IMG/VR virus record: IMGVR_UViG_3300002042_000001
Location: 1 to 64,000 of that record
Length of the DNA stretch: 64,000 bases
Origin: a virus
Reading direction: 5' to 3' (one strand)
Under the pieces are notes generated by a model, which saw only the letters and a program-made list of their open reading frames with translations, did not search any database and was not told the DNA's origin. Both the position numbers and the translations under genes were made by a program. Positions within the stretch are counted from its first letter, which is position 1. Each line of letters opens with the position of its first letter. Positions 1 through 7,941 of the stretch are shown in pieces.

Positions 1-62
1 TCAGGTAAAGCGGGTGCTTTGGGTGCATCAGATCGAAGGTTCGAATCCTTCTCGCGAGACCA
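1..62 (+). tRNA. tRNA-Pro(UGG), 3' portion only; 5' end lies upstream of the window
   Basis: anticodon arm ggtgc/tttgggt/gcatc; T-arm gaagg-ttcgaat-ccttc; acceptor 3' strand tcgcgag + A + CCA ending at 62. Confidence 0.75.
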
Positions 63-79
63 TTTGAAGGAGTATGAAT

Positions 80-202
80 ATGTTTGATATTGTAATTTTG
101 GTTGGCGTTGGCGCTTTCATTGGTTGGAATGTACCACAACCCGCAATCACCAAGCGCGCTCAAGACGCGGTTGTAAATTGGTTCGCAAGTCTGCGTACTT
201 AA
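80..202 (+). CDS. small hydrophobic protein (40 aa, MFDIVILVGVGAFIGW...)
   Basis: GAAGGAG at 66-72, 7 nt before ATG 80 (in-frame ATG also at 74); one TM-like segment; TAA at 200-202; below ORF-track size cutoff. Confidence 0.4.
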   Translation: MFDIVILVGVGAFIGWNVPQPAITKRAQDAVVNWFASLRT

Positions 203-419
203 AAGTTAGGCGGACGTTGGTGTTTCTAGGCACACGCGCACAACGTTTCGTCTTTTATTTTCACGCGAGGAGTAATGTTATGAAGTATGAAGGTACAAGA
301 GATATCACTAACCATGGTGGCGGTTCTGCTGACATTAGCGGTTTATGGATTGAAGGTTGGCAGGGTGAAAGGCCCACTATCGAAGGTTGCGGCCCATTTA
401 GGGTTCAGTAGTTGGAATT

Positions 420-496
420 TGGATTGTAGCTCAGTGGTAGAGCGGGGCGCTGTTAACGCCTGCCTGTCGTAGGTTCGAACCCTACCTGTCCAGCCA
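420..496 (+). tRNA. tRNA-Asn(GUU)
   Basis: D-arm tagctcagtggtagagc, anticodon loop ctGTTaa, T-arm gtagg-ttcgaac-cctac, encoded CCA; one acceptor mismatch. Confidence 0.85.
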
Positions 497-671
497 GATT
501 ATGCGGTAATGGTTAAGTCCATTATTACCGCTCCAAATTGACGCAGTTAACTTATAGAGACTGCCGAACGGGTGACCTAATAATTAGGATATAGTACGCA
601 GAATTAAGCGTTGAAAAATACCGAACGAACAAAAGCTTCTATATGACGAGGGAAAGACCTCAACAGTTTTA

Positions 672-743
672 GTCGGTGTAGCTCAGTGGTAGAGCAGTGG
701 TCTCCAAAACCGCGTGTCGTGGGTTCGATTCCTACACCCTCGT
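672..743 (+). tRNA. tRNA-Trp(CCA)-like gene with aberrant acceptor stem
   Basis: canonical D-arm, anticodon arm gtggt/ctCCAaa/accgc and T-arm gtggg-ttcgatt-cctac; 3' acceptor strand accctcg (736-742) does not pair with adjacent 672-678; its complement lies at 647-652. Confidence 0.55.
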
Positions 744-757
744 CATAAAGGAAGAAT

Positions 758-916
758 ATGTTTATCAAGATTTCACATTCACGCAAGATACGCGATAGGT
801 TGATTACGTCCAGTTATAGCATTCACGAAGACAATCATTTGGAATTGGCACGCGTAATGAAAGAAACGCAGAAGCTTTCGAAGTTACATGATGACTTTCA
901 AATACGAATGAATTAG
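758..916 (+). CDS. small hypothetical protein (52 aa) between tRNAs
   Basis: AAGGAAG at 748-754 before ATG 758; stop TAG 914-916 shares its G with tRNA-Lys position 1. Confidence 0.3.
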   Translation: MFIKISHSRKIRDRLITSSYSIHEDNHLELARVMKETQKLSKLHDDFQIRMN

Positions 917-991
917 GACCGTTAGCTCAGTTGGTAGAGCACCCGACTTTTAATCGGGTTGTCGCTGGTTCGAACCCAGCACGGTCCACCA
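916..991 (+). tRNA. tRNA-Lys(UUU)
   Basis: perfect acceptor ggaccgt/acggtcc, anticodon loop ctTTTaa, T-arm gctgg-ttcgaac-ccagc, encoded CCA. Confidence 0.9.
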
Positions 992-996
992 TTTTC

Positions 997-1082
997 GCGT
1001 AGGCTGGGCACGAGTGAGCCCACCGGACTGTAAATCCGACGCTTAACCGCTGTGAGGGTGCAAATTCCTTCTCTACGCACCA
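997..1082 (+). tRNA. tRNA-Tyr(GUA), long variable arm
   Basis: acceptor gcgtagg/tctacgc, anticodon loop ctGTAaa, 86 nt with extra arm, encoded CCA; T-loop reads tgcaaatt (atypical). Confidence 0.7.
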
Positions 1083-1137
1083 TTATCCACTTCAAATAGT
1101 TATCGAATCGTTTATAAGCATAGCTGACAATATCACT

Positions 1138-1554
1138 ATGAAAGAGAACGATATGAAAACATGGCAAGTAATCGGAGCAATCGCTCTAGTAGGTATCGGT
1201 GTACCAATCGGTTGTTCGGTAATGAACACCGCAACCACCGTTGCAACAGCGCCAGGAAAGGTTGTTCAAAAGACCTTTCAGGCGGACAACATCATCACAA
1301 ATTATGAATGGTACTACGACACTTACGCCGCTTATGAAGCGCGTTTGGGTCAGATTACCGATCATTCATCTTATCTCGAAGCTGAAGAAGATCGCATTGA
1401 AATTCAGCGGCTTCGGATTGAGTTGACCGCGATGCGACAATCTTGTCGTGATCTGGCAACAAAATACAACGCTAACTCGCAGAAGGTGAACAAATCCATC
1501 TTCAAGGGCGGCGCTGTACCTGAAACTATCGAAAAGGAAAAATGCAATGCGTAA
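1138..1554 (+). CDS. membrane/lipoprotein-like hypothetical protein
   Basis: ORF track 138 aa; N-terminal hydrophobic segment ending ...GVPIGC (lipobox-like). Confidence 0.6.
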   Translation: MKENDMKTWQVIGAIALVGIGVPIGCSVMNTATTVATAPGKVVQKTFQADNIITNYEWYYDTYAAYEARLGQITDHSSYLEAEEDRIEIQRLRIELTAMRQSCRDLATKYNANSQKVNKSIFKGGAVPETIEKEKCNA

Positions 1555-2020
1555 ACTATTTATCGGAATTGCTGCGATTGCAGCATTGGCTCTAACTGCA
1601 TGTGGACCTGATGAACCGCAGAAGGTAACTCAATCTCAAAAGGCTGCAAAGGCTGCTGAGTCAGTCACCTACAGCGAAAATGCAGAAATCGACAACATCA
1701 AGAACCGTCTGGAATTGACTTCAAATCCTGGCGCTCTTGGTTTTATTCTGCTGATGAACCAAGCCGGCCAACCAATCGCCTATTACGGCGTGAAGGGCAA
1801 GGTAACATCTTCGGGCAAGCGTCTGACCAAACCTTTCGAACGTGAATTCGAAGGTCGTCATGTGCCGGCGCCAAGCGATGAAGGCACATGGGGTTCAAGC
1901 GACCCGTACGTGTACTTCTGGACTACCAGCGGTCAATACATTCAATGGAATGGCGACTACCTGTACAGCGACAAGCCGTTCAGAACACGCGTAGAGCCTT
2001 TGGTGATCGCAACGAAATAA
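1547..2020 (+). CDS. lipoprotein (signal peptide + lipobox LTAC)
   Basis: ORF track 157 aa, MRKLFIGIAAIAALALTAC...; 8-nt overlap with upstream ORF. Confidence 0.7.
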   Translation: MRKLFIGIAAIAALALTACGPDEPQKVTQSQKAAKAAESVTYSENAEIDNIKNRLELTSNPGALGFILLMNQAGQPIAYYGVKGKVTSSGKRLTKPFEREFEGRHVPAPSDEGTWGSSDPYVYFWTTSGQYIQWNGDYLYSDKPFRTRVEPLVIATK

Positions 2021-2025
2021 GGTTT

Positions 2026-2102
2026 GTTGGCGGTAGCTCAGTTGGTAGAGCGCTAGTTTGTGGTACTAGAGGTCGCGGGTTCGAACCCCGTCCGTCACCC
2101 CC
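2026..2102 (+). tRNA. tRNA-His(GUG) with encoded G-1
   Basis: anticodon arm ctagt/ttGTGgt/actag, T-arm gcggg-ttcgaac-cccgt, extra 5' G able to pair with C73; 3' end ...cacccca (exact end +/-1). Confidence 0.8.
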
Positions 2103-2110
2103 ATATTGAG

Positions 2111-2166
2111 ATAGAACCCACCATACGGTAAAACGTATACGTGGGTTCTATACGTTTTACCGTATG
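2111..2166. repeat. two interleaved perfect inverted repeats (A-B-A'-B')
   Basis: A 2111-2121 atagaacccac pairs with A' 2141-2151; B 2122-2139 catacggtaaaacgtata pairs with B' 2149-2166. Confidence 0.9.
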
Positions 2167-2228
2167 CGCTTGACAGTTACGATCACAAGCGCTACTTAAT
2201 AAGTCGTAATAAGAGGTAATAACTGCTA

Positions 2229-2564
2229 ATGAGTAGAACAGAGAACCATTTTGGAATCATCACTGAAATATGTGACACGGTAACTGGCTTCGAGGCTAAG
2301 TATACGCTAGCGCAGAGTGAGCATAGTCTTGTTCCTGCCGACGATGACAGTGCGTCATACATCGACGACCCTGAATTCCAGTACGTCGCTTCCATTGACA
2401 TGATGTTCAAGATCGAGACAGAAGAGAACGAGTATGGGCACACTAAGATGTTGCCACTCGCGCCTCAAAAGTGGGCGTTCACTGCATCATTCTATAATGG
2501 TGGCGGTAGCTTGTCAGAAGTGTTGGATGATATGCTTGAAGAAGCGCTTGGGGAAACAGAATGA
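2229..2564 (+). CDS. hypothetical acidic protein
   Basis: ORF track 111 aa; AAGAGG before ATG; ATGA overlap with thyA start. Confidence 0.6.
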   Translation: MSRTENHFGIITEICDTVTGFEAKYTLAQSEHSLVPADDDSASYIDDPEFQYVASIDMMFKIETEENEYGHTKMLPLAPQKWAFTASFYNGGGSLSEVLDDMLEEALGETE

Positions 2565-3441
2565 CAACCACCGAATCAGAACAAACGTTCCTAAGATTGC
2601 TCGCGAACGTTCAAGCGAACGGTAATGACCGTGGCGACCGCACTGGTACTGGTACGCGCAGCATCTTTGGTATGCAATCGCGTTACGACCTGTCACAAGG
2701 TTTCCCACTACTGACAAACAAACGCGTACCGTTCAAGTCGGTAATTAGTGAGCTACTTTGGTTTATCGAAGGTAGCGGTGACGAACGGCGTCTCGCTGAA
2801 ATATTATACGGCAAAGATCGTCAAGAATTGACCGACAAGACAACCATTTGGACCGCGAACGCACACGCCGATTATTGGGTGAACCGTGGTTACAAACAAC
2901 AAGAGGGCGACCTTGGTTATGTATATGGTGCGCAGTGGCGAAACCAAGTTAACGCTGAAACAGGCGAAAGTTACGACCAGCTACAAATATTGATCGAGGG
3001 TATTAAGCGCGACCCTGAAGGGCGCCGGCATATTCTCAGCGCTTGGAATGCACCTGAGATAGATATGATGGCGCTACCACCGTGTCACGTCATGTCGCAA
3101 TACTATGTGCGTGATGGCTATCTCGATTGCCAGATGTATCAGCGCTCGAACGACCTATTCTTAGGCTCACCGTTCAATCTCGCAAGCTACTCGGCGCTAA
3201 CTATGATGATCGCACAGGTATGCGACCTGAAGCCAGGAGAATTCATCTATACGATGGTGACGCACATATCTATCAGAATCACATGAAGCAGGTCAATGAG
3301 CTTTTGAAACGCGCACCGCGACCAGCACCGATCTTGAGGCTGAACAAGTCCGTAAAAGAAATTACAGACTTCACCATGGATGACTTCGATCTTATCGGTT
3401 ACGACCCACACCCTGCAATCAAAGCGGATATGGCAGTATGA
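2561..3441 (+). CDS. thyA: thymidylate synthase ThyA, reading frame broken by a 1-nt frameshift near 3253-3257
   Basis: ORF 2561-3286 carries DRTGTGT, ALPPCH, QRSND.FLG.PFN.ASY; ORF 3127-3441 (other frame) carries GDAHIYQNH...YDPHP; junction acgatGGtgac. Confidence 0.85.
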
Positions 3442-3569
3442 GTTGCCCGTTCTCAGCAGCGGGTAGGTTTGAAGAGCGTCGTCGTGATGCCGAACAAAAC
3501 CGCGCAGCAGAACGAGTGATCGCTAAAGGTAAACAAGACTCACGTCTACCAAGGAAGCAAGATGAGTAA
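3438..3569 (+). CDS. small basic hypothetical protein (43 aa)
   Basis: ATGA overlap with thyA stop; its TAA overlaps next start region (3562). Confidence 0.35.
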   Translation: MSCPFSAAGRFEERRRDAEQNRAAERVIAKGKQDSRLPRKQDE

Positions 3570-3804
3570 ACCAAAAGGACACCGTTTTAGTGGATGGCCT
3601 GGGGCGTGGTGTCTCGATTGTGGTTCACCAGACCCATACGAAGTTGCGCTCGGCAAGGGTCACCTTGACGTGACGATGGACGATAAAGGTGAATATAACG
3701 GCACAATATGGTCGCACCCCAAGTTGAAAAAGAAGTACGACCAGTATACGATCTGTCGCGAACCAGACGCAAACCGCTTTAACCCTTACAGAAGAGATAA
3801 ATAA
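3562..3804 (+). CDS. hypothetical protein (Cys-containing, 80 aa)
   Basis: ORF track; AAGGAAG before ATG. Confidence 0.6.
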   Translation: MSKPKGHRFSGWPGAWCLDCGSPDPYEVALGKGHLDVTMDDKGEYNGTIWSHPKLKKKYDQYTICREPDANRFNPYRRDK

Positions 3805-4223
3805 TGAAACCAGAAACCGCCGCATTACTTGCGCACCACGCTAACGATCAGGGTATTACTATCGACGAGCTAGTCGAAAGTTTGCTGCAAACGGCAGACG
3901 CGATGAATATGGAACAGTATATTCTGGTATCTATCATGGAAGAGTGCGACGAAATATCGCAACGCTGCGCGAAGGCACTACGCTTCGGCACGGATGAAGT
4001 CCAATCTGGTCAGGCGTTTAACAACATTCAGCGCATCGGTCTCGAATTCAATGACCTGATGGGCGCAGTCACATCGTGGAACGAATACCAACGCGGCATG
4101 CACGAAGGTAACCTCGGCGAAGAAAGGTGTATCAAAAACGTAAAACATCTGATAGACGCTAAGACTGAAAAGATGGTGAAGTGGATGAAATACGCCGTAG
4201 ACGCAGGGACATTGCAACAATGA
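3804..4223 (+). CDS. hypothetical protein, possibly all-alpha NTP pyrophosphatase (MazG-like)
   Basis: ORF track 139 aa; EECDEISQ and EFNDLMG resemble MazG-type E-x-x-E/D motifs (weak). Confidence 0.4.
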   Translation: MKPETAALLAHHANDQGITIDELVESLLQTADAMNMEQYILVSIMEECDEISQRCAKALRFGTDEVQSGQAFNNIQRIGLEFNDLMGAVTSWNEYQRGMHEGNLGEERCIKNVKHLIDAKTEKMVKWMKYAVDAGTLQQ

Positions 4224-4678
4224 ATGAAAAACGCGAAATATATGGGCTCGACGAAGTATGGTTGGAAGTGAAACGCTTTCACGCTACGTTTCAGAAGCCA
4301 AACCCCGACATACCTGTTATGCAATCGGTCGAAGATGTAACCAACCGTGCGAATTGGATTCGCAGCGAAGTCGAAGAGCTTGAAGAAGCCGAAACACTTG
4401 TCGATCAGGCAGACGCCTACCTCGATATTTTGTACTTCGCAATAGGCGGTCTAGTAGAGTTGGGTATCAGACCTGGCGCCTTATTCGAAATTGTGCAAGC
4501 GGCAAACATGGCGAAACTGCACAAGTGTGTCAAGACTGGCGACATGATACCAGTCATTCGGTCGAGCGACGGGAAGATAATCAAACCAGAAGGTTGGATA
4601 TCACCAGAACCTATGCTCGAACAGGCAATTCAGAGGCAAGTGCAAGGTCGTGACGCGCTCGAACGATACGGTGTATAA
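4220..4678 (+). CDS. MazG/PRA-PH-like nucleotide pyrophosphohydrolase
   Basis: ATGA-coupled start; EVEELEEA ... DQADAYLDILYFAIG ... QAANMAK pattern typical of phage MazG-like family. Confidence 0.6.
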   Translation: MNEKREIYGLDEVWLEVKRFHATFQKPNPDIPVMQSVEDVTNRANWIRSEVEELEEAETLVDQADAYLDILYFAIGGLVELGIRPGALFEIVQAANMAKLHKCVKTGDMIPVIRSSDGKIIKPEGWISPEPMLEQAIQRQVQGRDALERYGV

Positions 4679-4749
4679 GCCAGTTAACGAATCGGTAACA
4701 CCTTGTTACAACGGTCTCGATAAGCAAGACTGGTTACCGGAGAACGCAG

Positions 4750-4914
4750 ATGACTATGAACAAGAGTGATTACTTCAAAGCAGTAGCAGCTTGGGAGCGA
4801 CCTCGAATTCTACCGAAGCAGAACGGTGAGCGGTTTTACTTTAACCAACATGGCAAGAAGGTGGTCGTCGATGAAGACGAATACCAAGCCTCACTGAAAG
4901 AAGGAAACGATTGA
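4750..4914 (+). CDS. small hypothetical protein (54 aa)
   Basis: GGAG 7 nt before ATG 4750; TGA overlaps next ATG (TGATG). Confidence 0.45.
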   Translation: MTMNKSDYFKAVAAWERPRILPKQNGERFYFNQHGKKVVVDEDEYQASLKEGND

Positions 4915-5495
4915 TGCGCATTGGCTTTATTGGTGCACACCGCACCGGCAAAACAACATTGGCGAACCTACTCGCTGAAGAACTCGAAATCCCCATGGTA
5001 GCGTCGAACGCTTCATCGATTGCGAGCAACAAGAAATTCGACATGGGTGCGAAAAACTCAATCGGTCGTCGTCTTGAATTTCAAGAGGCTATTTTGGTCG
5101 ATATGCTGAACAATCAGGTGAAAGCTGAAGGTAGCTTTATCTCAGATCGCACACCAATTGATGCAGCCGCATACCTCATGGCTGACGTTCAAGCTAGCGT
5201 CGGCACTACGCAACAACACGGCGAACTGCTCGAATACTTCGATGCAGCGGCTCGCATGACCTCAAAAACCTATGACGTTTGCATTGTGGTTCCACCAGGC
5301 ATTGCCGTTGAACCGACAAAAGGCAAACCACCAGTCAATGGAGCGTACCAAGAACACGTGCACATGCTGTGCGGCGGTATGCTAGTGGACGATCAAGTCG
5401 ATCTGTATTGGGATGCTATCCCTCGCGATTGTCTTGAAGTCGAAGATCGCATGGACGCCGTGCGTGGTATTCTCGAAGCATTCGAAGCGGAATAA
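4914..5495 (+). CDS. P-loop NTPase/kinase (AAA_28 / NadR-like)
   Basis: Walker A GAHRTGKTT at N-terminus; ORF track (start trimmed to ATG 4914). Confidence 0.65.
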   Translation: MRIGFIGAHRTGKTTLANLLAEELEIPMVASNASSIASNKKFDMGAKNSIGRRLEFQEAILVDMLNNQVKAEGSFISDRTPIDAAAYLMADVQASVGTTQQHGELLEYFDAAARMTSKTYDVCIVVPPGIAVEPTKGKPPVNGAYQEHVHMLCGGMLVDDQVDLYWDAIPRDCLEVEDRMDAVRGILEAFEAE

Positions 5496-5496
5496 T

Positions 5497-6030
5497 ATGC
5501 AGATTGTCAATTTCTTCGACCTTGAAACTACGGGTCTGAACGAGCCAGAAGAGCGCATCATTGAAGTGTGCGCAAAGCTGTACAACTTGGACACCGAAGA
5601 GCATCTTGAGACGTACTTGCAGCGCATCAACCCCGAACGTAAGATCGGTGCGAAGGCTGCTAAGGTGCACAAGATCAAGAACGAAGACGTTGAGAATGAG
5701 CCGATTATAGAAGATGTGGCGGCTGATATCGAGCGTATATTCGGTCTGCCACATTTTCACGTTGCACACAATGGCGACTGGTTCGACTTCCCCTTTCTAA
5801 CACGCGAAATGCAACGCATCGGGCGACCGATCAACCTAACCAGCACGTTCGACACGATGGTCGAAGCTCGGTGGGCAACGTCTCTCGGTAAGAACCCAAG
5901 ACTCGGTGAGCTTGCAACCTGTCTGGATATTGAGTATAATCCCGATGAAGCACACGCTGCCGAATATGACGTTGACGTTATGGCAAAGTGTTTTTTCACA
6001 GGTCGTAGACTAGGTTACTACGGAATTTAG
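5497..6030 (+). CDS. DEDDh 3'-5' exonuclease (DnaQ-like)
   Basis: FFDLETTGL, HNGDWFDFPFL, HAAEYDVDV motifs; start ATG 5497. Confidence 0.8.
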   Translation: MQIVNFFDLETTGLNEPEERIIEVCAKLYNLDTEEHLETYLQRINPERKIGAKAAKVHKIKNEDVENEPIIEDVAADIERIFGLPHFHVAHNGDWFDFPFLTREMQRIGRPINLTSTFDTMVEARWATSLGKNPRLGELATCLDIEYNPDEAHAAEYDVDVMAKCFFTGRRLGYYGI

Positions 6031-6053
6031 GTACGGCAGCGTTTTCATATATA
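6030..6053 (+). promoter_or_regulatory. class II box GGTACGGCAGCGTTTTCATATATA, 18 nt upstream of ATG 6071
   Basis: one of 4-5 copies of GGTACGGC(A/G)GC-N5-7-CATATA in the window. Confidence 0.5.
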
Positions 6054-6070
6054 CAGAGTAGGACGGAATT

Positions 6071-6550
6071 ATGCAGATCAAAACATCAATGGGCTATGCC
6101 GCAGCACGTGCGATTGACAGCCTCATCACCCAAGGTAAGAAGAAGCCAAAGGGGCTCGACGCAGTGTCGATTGACGCCAGCTTTATCACTGTTGAATTCG
6201 CAGACGAAGCAAGTGGTCTCGAAGCCGTAGCTAGCGCTGTCGAATTCGTAAAAGGTAAACTTGCAGACGCAGAGAGCGCTGACGAACCAGACGCGAAGGT
6301 TGTGGGTGGTCTACGTGACGCAATCACCAATCTCGGTGCGCTACCACGTCAAATCAGTGCGCAATTCTTTGTACGCGAGGCTTCCGATGAAGGTCAGGAA
6401 AGCCACTCGACAACCGGAAGCGAATCGTCTAATACCGTTACATCGCAATCAAGCGACAATGAAACGGAGAACGAAGACAATGGCGAAACGAGCAACGAAA
6501 CCGACGACGAAGACCAAAGCGTCCTCGACCTCGGCGAAATCGACAACTAA
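6071..6550 (+). CDS. hypothetical protein with highly acidic S/T/E/D/N-rich C-terminus
   Basis: ORF track 159 aa. Confidence 0.55.
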   Translation: MQIKTSMGYAAARAIDSLITQGKKKPKGLDAVSIDASFITVEFADEASGLEAVASAVEFVKGKLADAESADEPDAKVVGGLRDAITNLGALPRQISAQFFVREASDEGQESHSTTGSESSNTVTSQSSDNETENEDNGETSNETDDEDQSVLDLGEIDN

Positions 6551-7061
6551 AACAGTCGCACAAACGAAATCAACAGCGGCGGCATCAACCCCCGAAGACA
6601 CGAATACCGCCGCTGTTGCAGCAGCCGAAACCAAATCGACACCGAAAGTTGATAAGGCAAAAGTTGACGCTACAACCAAAACCGAAGCACCAGCACGTAA
6701 TTTCTGCGATGTTGCTGCGCTGACACAGCAGAAATTCACCGCCAACCAGAACGCGCTCAAAGCGAAAAAGGTTGCTGAAAAGGTGAAGAACGCTGTTGCC
6801 GCTATCGAAGTTGGTAAGAAGCTGAGCAAGTACACACGCTCTGCCCTGACGCTACTCAAATCCGAAGGTACGGTTAGCGGCCCAATCATCACCAAACAAT
6901 TCGAAACCGATGGTCTGTCTCCTGGCACTGCACGTGCACAGGCGCAACAGCAGACGGCGTTGTTCAAAGTCATTGGCGTTGCAAAACCCTCTGGTGAAGA
7001 TGGTCGTAAGCTGGTAACAGATGACTCGAAGCTGATCGACGAATTGCTCGCATCAGCATAA
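6480..7061 (+). CDS. hypothetical protein with K/T/A-rich basic N-terminus
   Basis: ATG 6480 with GGAG upstream; overlaps previous ORF by 71 nt in another frame; start uncertain. Confidence 0.5.
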   Translation: MAKRATKPTTKTKASSTSAKSTTKTVAQTKSTAAASTPEDTNTAAVAAAETKSTPKVDKAKVDATTKTEAPARNFCDVAALTQQKFTANQNALKAKKVAEKVKNAVAAIEVGKKLSKYTRSALTLLKSEGTVSGPIITKQFETDGLSPGTARAQAQQQTALFKVIGVAKPSGEDGRKLVTDDSKLIDELLASA

Positions 7062-7067
7062 CAGTTA

Positions 7068-7104
7068 GACAGGTGCGCATTCCCCTCCCAACCGCGCACC
7101 TGTC
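7068..7104 (+). terminator. 11-bp GC-rich hairpin without U-tract
   Basis: gacaggtgcgc (7068-7078) / gcgcacctgtc (7094-7104), 15-nt loop. Confidence 0.35.
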
Positions 7105-7125
7105 GCCTAACTAGAAAGGTTTCTA

Positions 7126-7317
7126 ATGAACGATTTTGAAAAGAAGCATGACAGACTTATGAAATTCTCGCTATACGCTGGCGTAACCAGTGCAGTCTGT
7201 TTTGGCATTGTTATAGTTTGCGGTATATTTCTAATCTCGCAGATGGACCCCAAAGAGATAGCGCGTGATGCTGGTGAAGTCGCCGCCGAATTCAACGATG
7301 GAATGAACGGTGAGTGA
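7126..7317 (+). CDS. small membrane protein
   Basis: ORF track 63 aa; one TM segment; leader-like GAAAGGT before ATG. Confidence 0.55.
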   Translation: MNDFEKKHDRLMKFSLYAGVTSAVCFGIVIVCGIFLISQMDPKEIARDAGEVAAEFNDGMNGE

Positions 7318-7504
7318 TAGTATCGACCCAAGAACAGGCAGAAAGCTTGGTGACCACGGTGAGGCGTTACACGCTATCAACTATTCGTTAGATCATATCA
7401 ATGACTTTTATGAGGCTGATAGTTTTCTGAAAGCTTGGCGGGAAGGTGCCGCTTACGAAGAGTGGCCCGAATATTACACATGGCTCAAGGAGCAAGAAGC
7501 GTAA
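7310..7504 (+). CDS. hypothetical protein
   Basis: ORF track 64 aa, GTG start. Confidence 0.5.
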   Translation: MSDSIDPRTGRKLGDHGEALHAINYSLDHINDFYEADSFLKAWREGAAYEEWPEYYTWLKEQEA

Positions 7505-7941
7505 TGGCTGGTTCGAGAATACCGAAAGATTGGGAAGCTTCTGGTCATATCGTTCGTTACGATGTAACCGACAAAAAACAGGTTGAAGAGCTATCACGCT
7601 TGCTCGTGATGGAAGAAGAGGGTCCGAAACAAAAAGCTTCGGTCGCAGGCATTTTGGTCGATCAAGGATTGATGCAAGTTGACTGGTACACCCGTATGGT
7701 ATTGCGCGTCGCAAGGTGGCGTAACCGCAAAGAATTGAATTCAGCGGAAGTCGCGATATTCTTCTTTGTGCAATTCCCAACACTCGCTGACGATCTGCTA
7801 CTCGGTGCGGCTAAACACTGCTACTACGGTAAAGATGTTGACACGCCGGACGCTATCTGTGGTTTCGACCAGCAAGAAGCGGACTTCATATCGACACTTA
7901 TCGGTGGCTCAAGAAGGTTTATTAGACAACATGACGCCTGA
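7504..7941 (+). CDS. hypothetical protein
   Basis: TAATG-coupled ATG 7504 within ORF 7435-7941. Confidence 0.6.
   Translation: MAGSRIPKDWEASGHIVRYDVTDKKQVEELSRLLVMEEEGPKQKASVAGILVDQGLMQVDWYTRMVLRVARWRNRKELNSAEVAIFFFVQFPTLADDLLLGAAKHCYYGKDVDTPDAICGFDQQEADFISTLIGGSRRFIRQHDA

Noticed and set aside
287-472. ORF 287-472 (and 124-411) between the first two tRNAs
   Set aside because: The 287 frame runs 50 nt into tRNA-Asn. The 124 frame starts at TTG without an SD. Only a possible 43-aa piece from ATG 280 (behind GAGGAG) is plausible, and it is too uncertain to list.
604-1167. Minus-strand ORFs 604-786 and 922-1167
   Set aside because: They are antisense read-throughs of the tRNA genes (translations contain typical tRNA-shadow strings such as GIEPTT and VRTSD). 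They have no start context.
2103-2170. attP / integration site next to tRNA-His
   Set aside because: No integrase, excisionase or repressor-like gene is visible in the 64 kb window. The repeats are better described as local secondary structure.
3240-3262. Programmed ribosomal frameshift in thyA
   Set aside because: There is no slippery heptamer or obvious downstream structure. A single missing G in a G run explains it.
6449-7099. Long antisense or alternate-frame ORFs: 6449-7099(-), 31040-31696(+), 32437-33030(+), 35844-36542(+), 45192-45881(-), 50188-51292(-), 54074-54499(-)
   Set aside because: Each lies opposite or out of frame to a gene with motif support or operon coupling. They lack start context and have low-complexity or odd composition.
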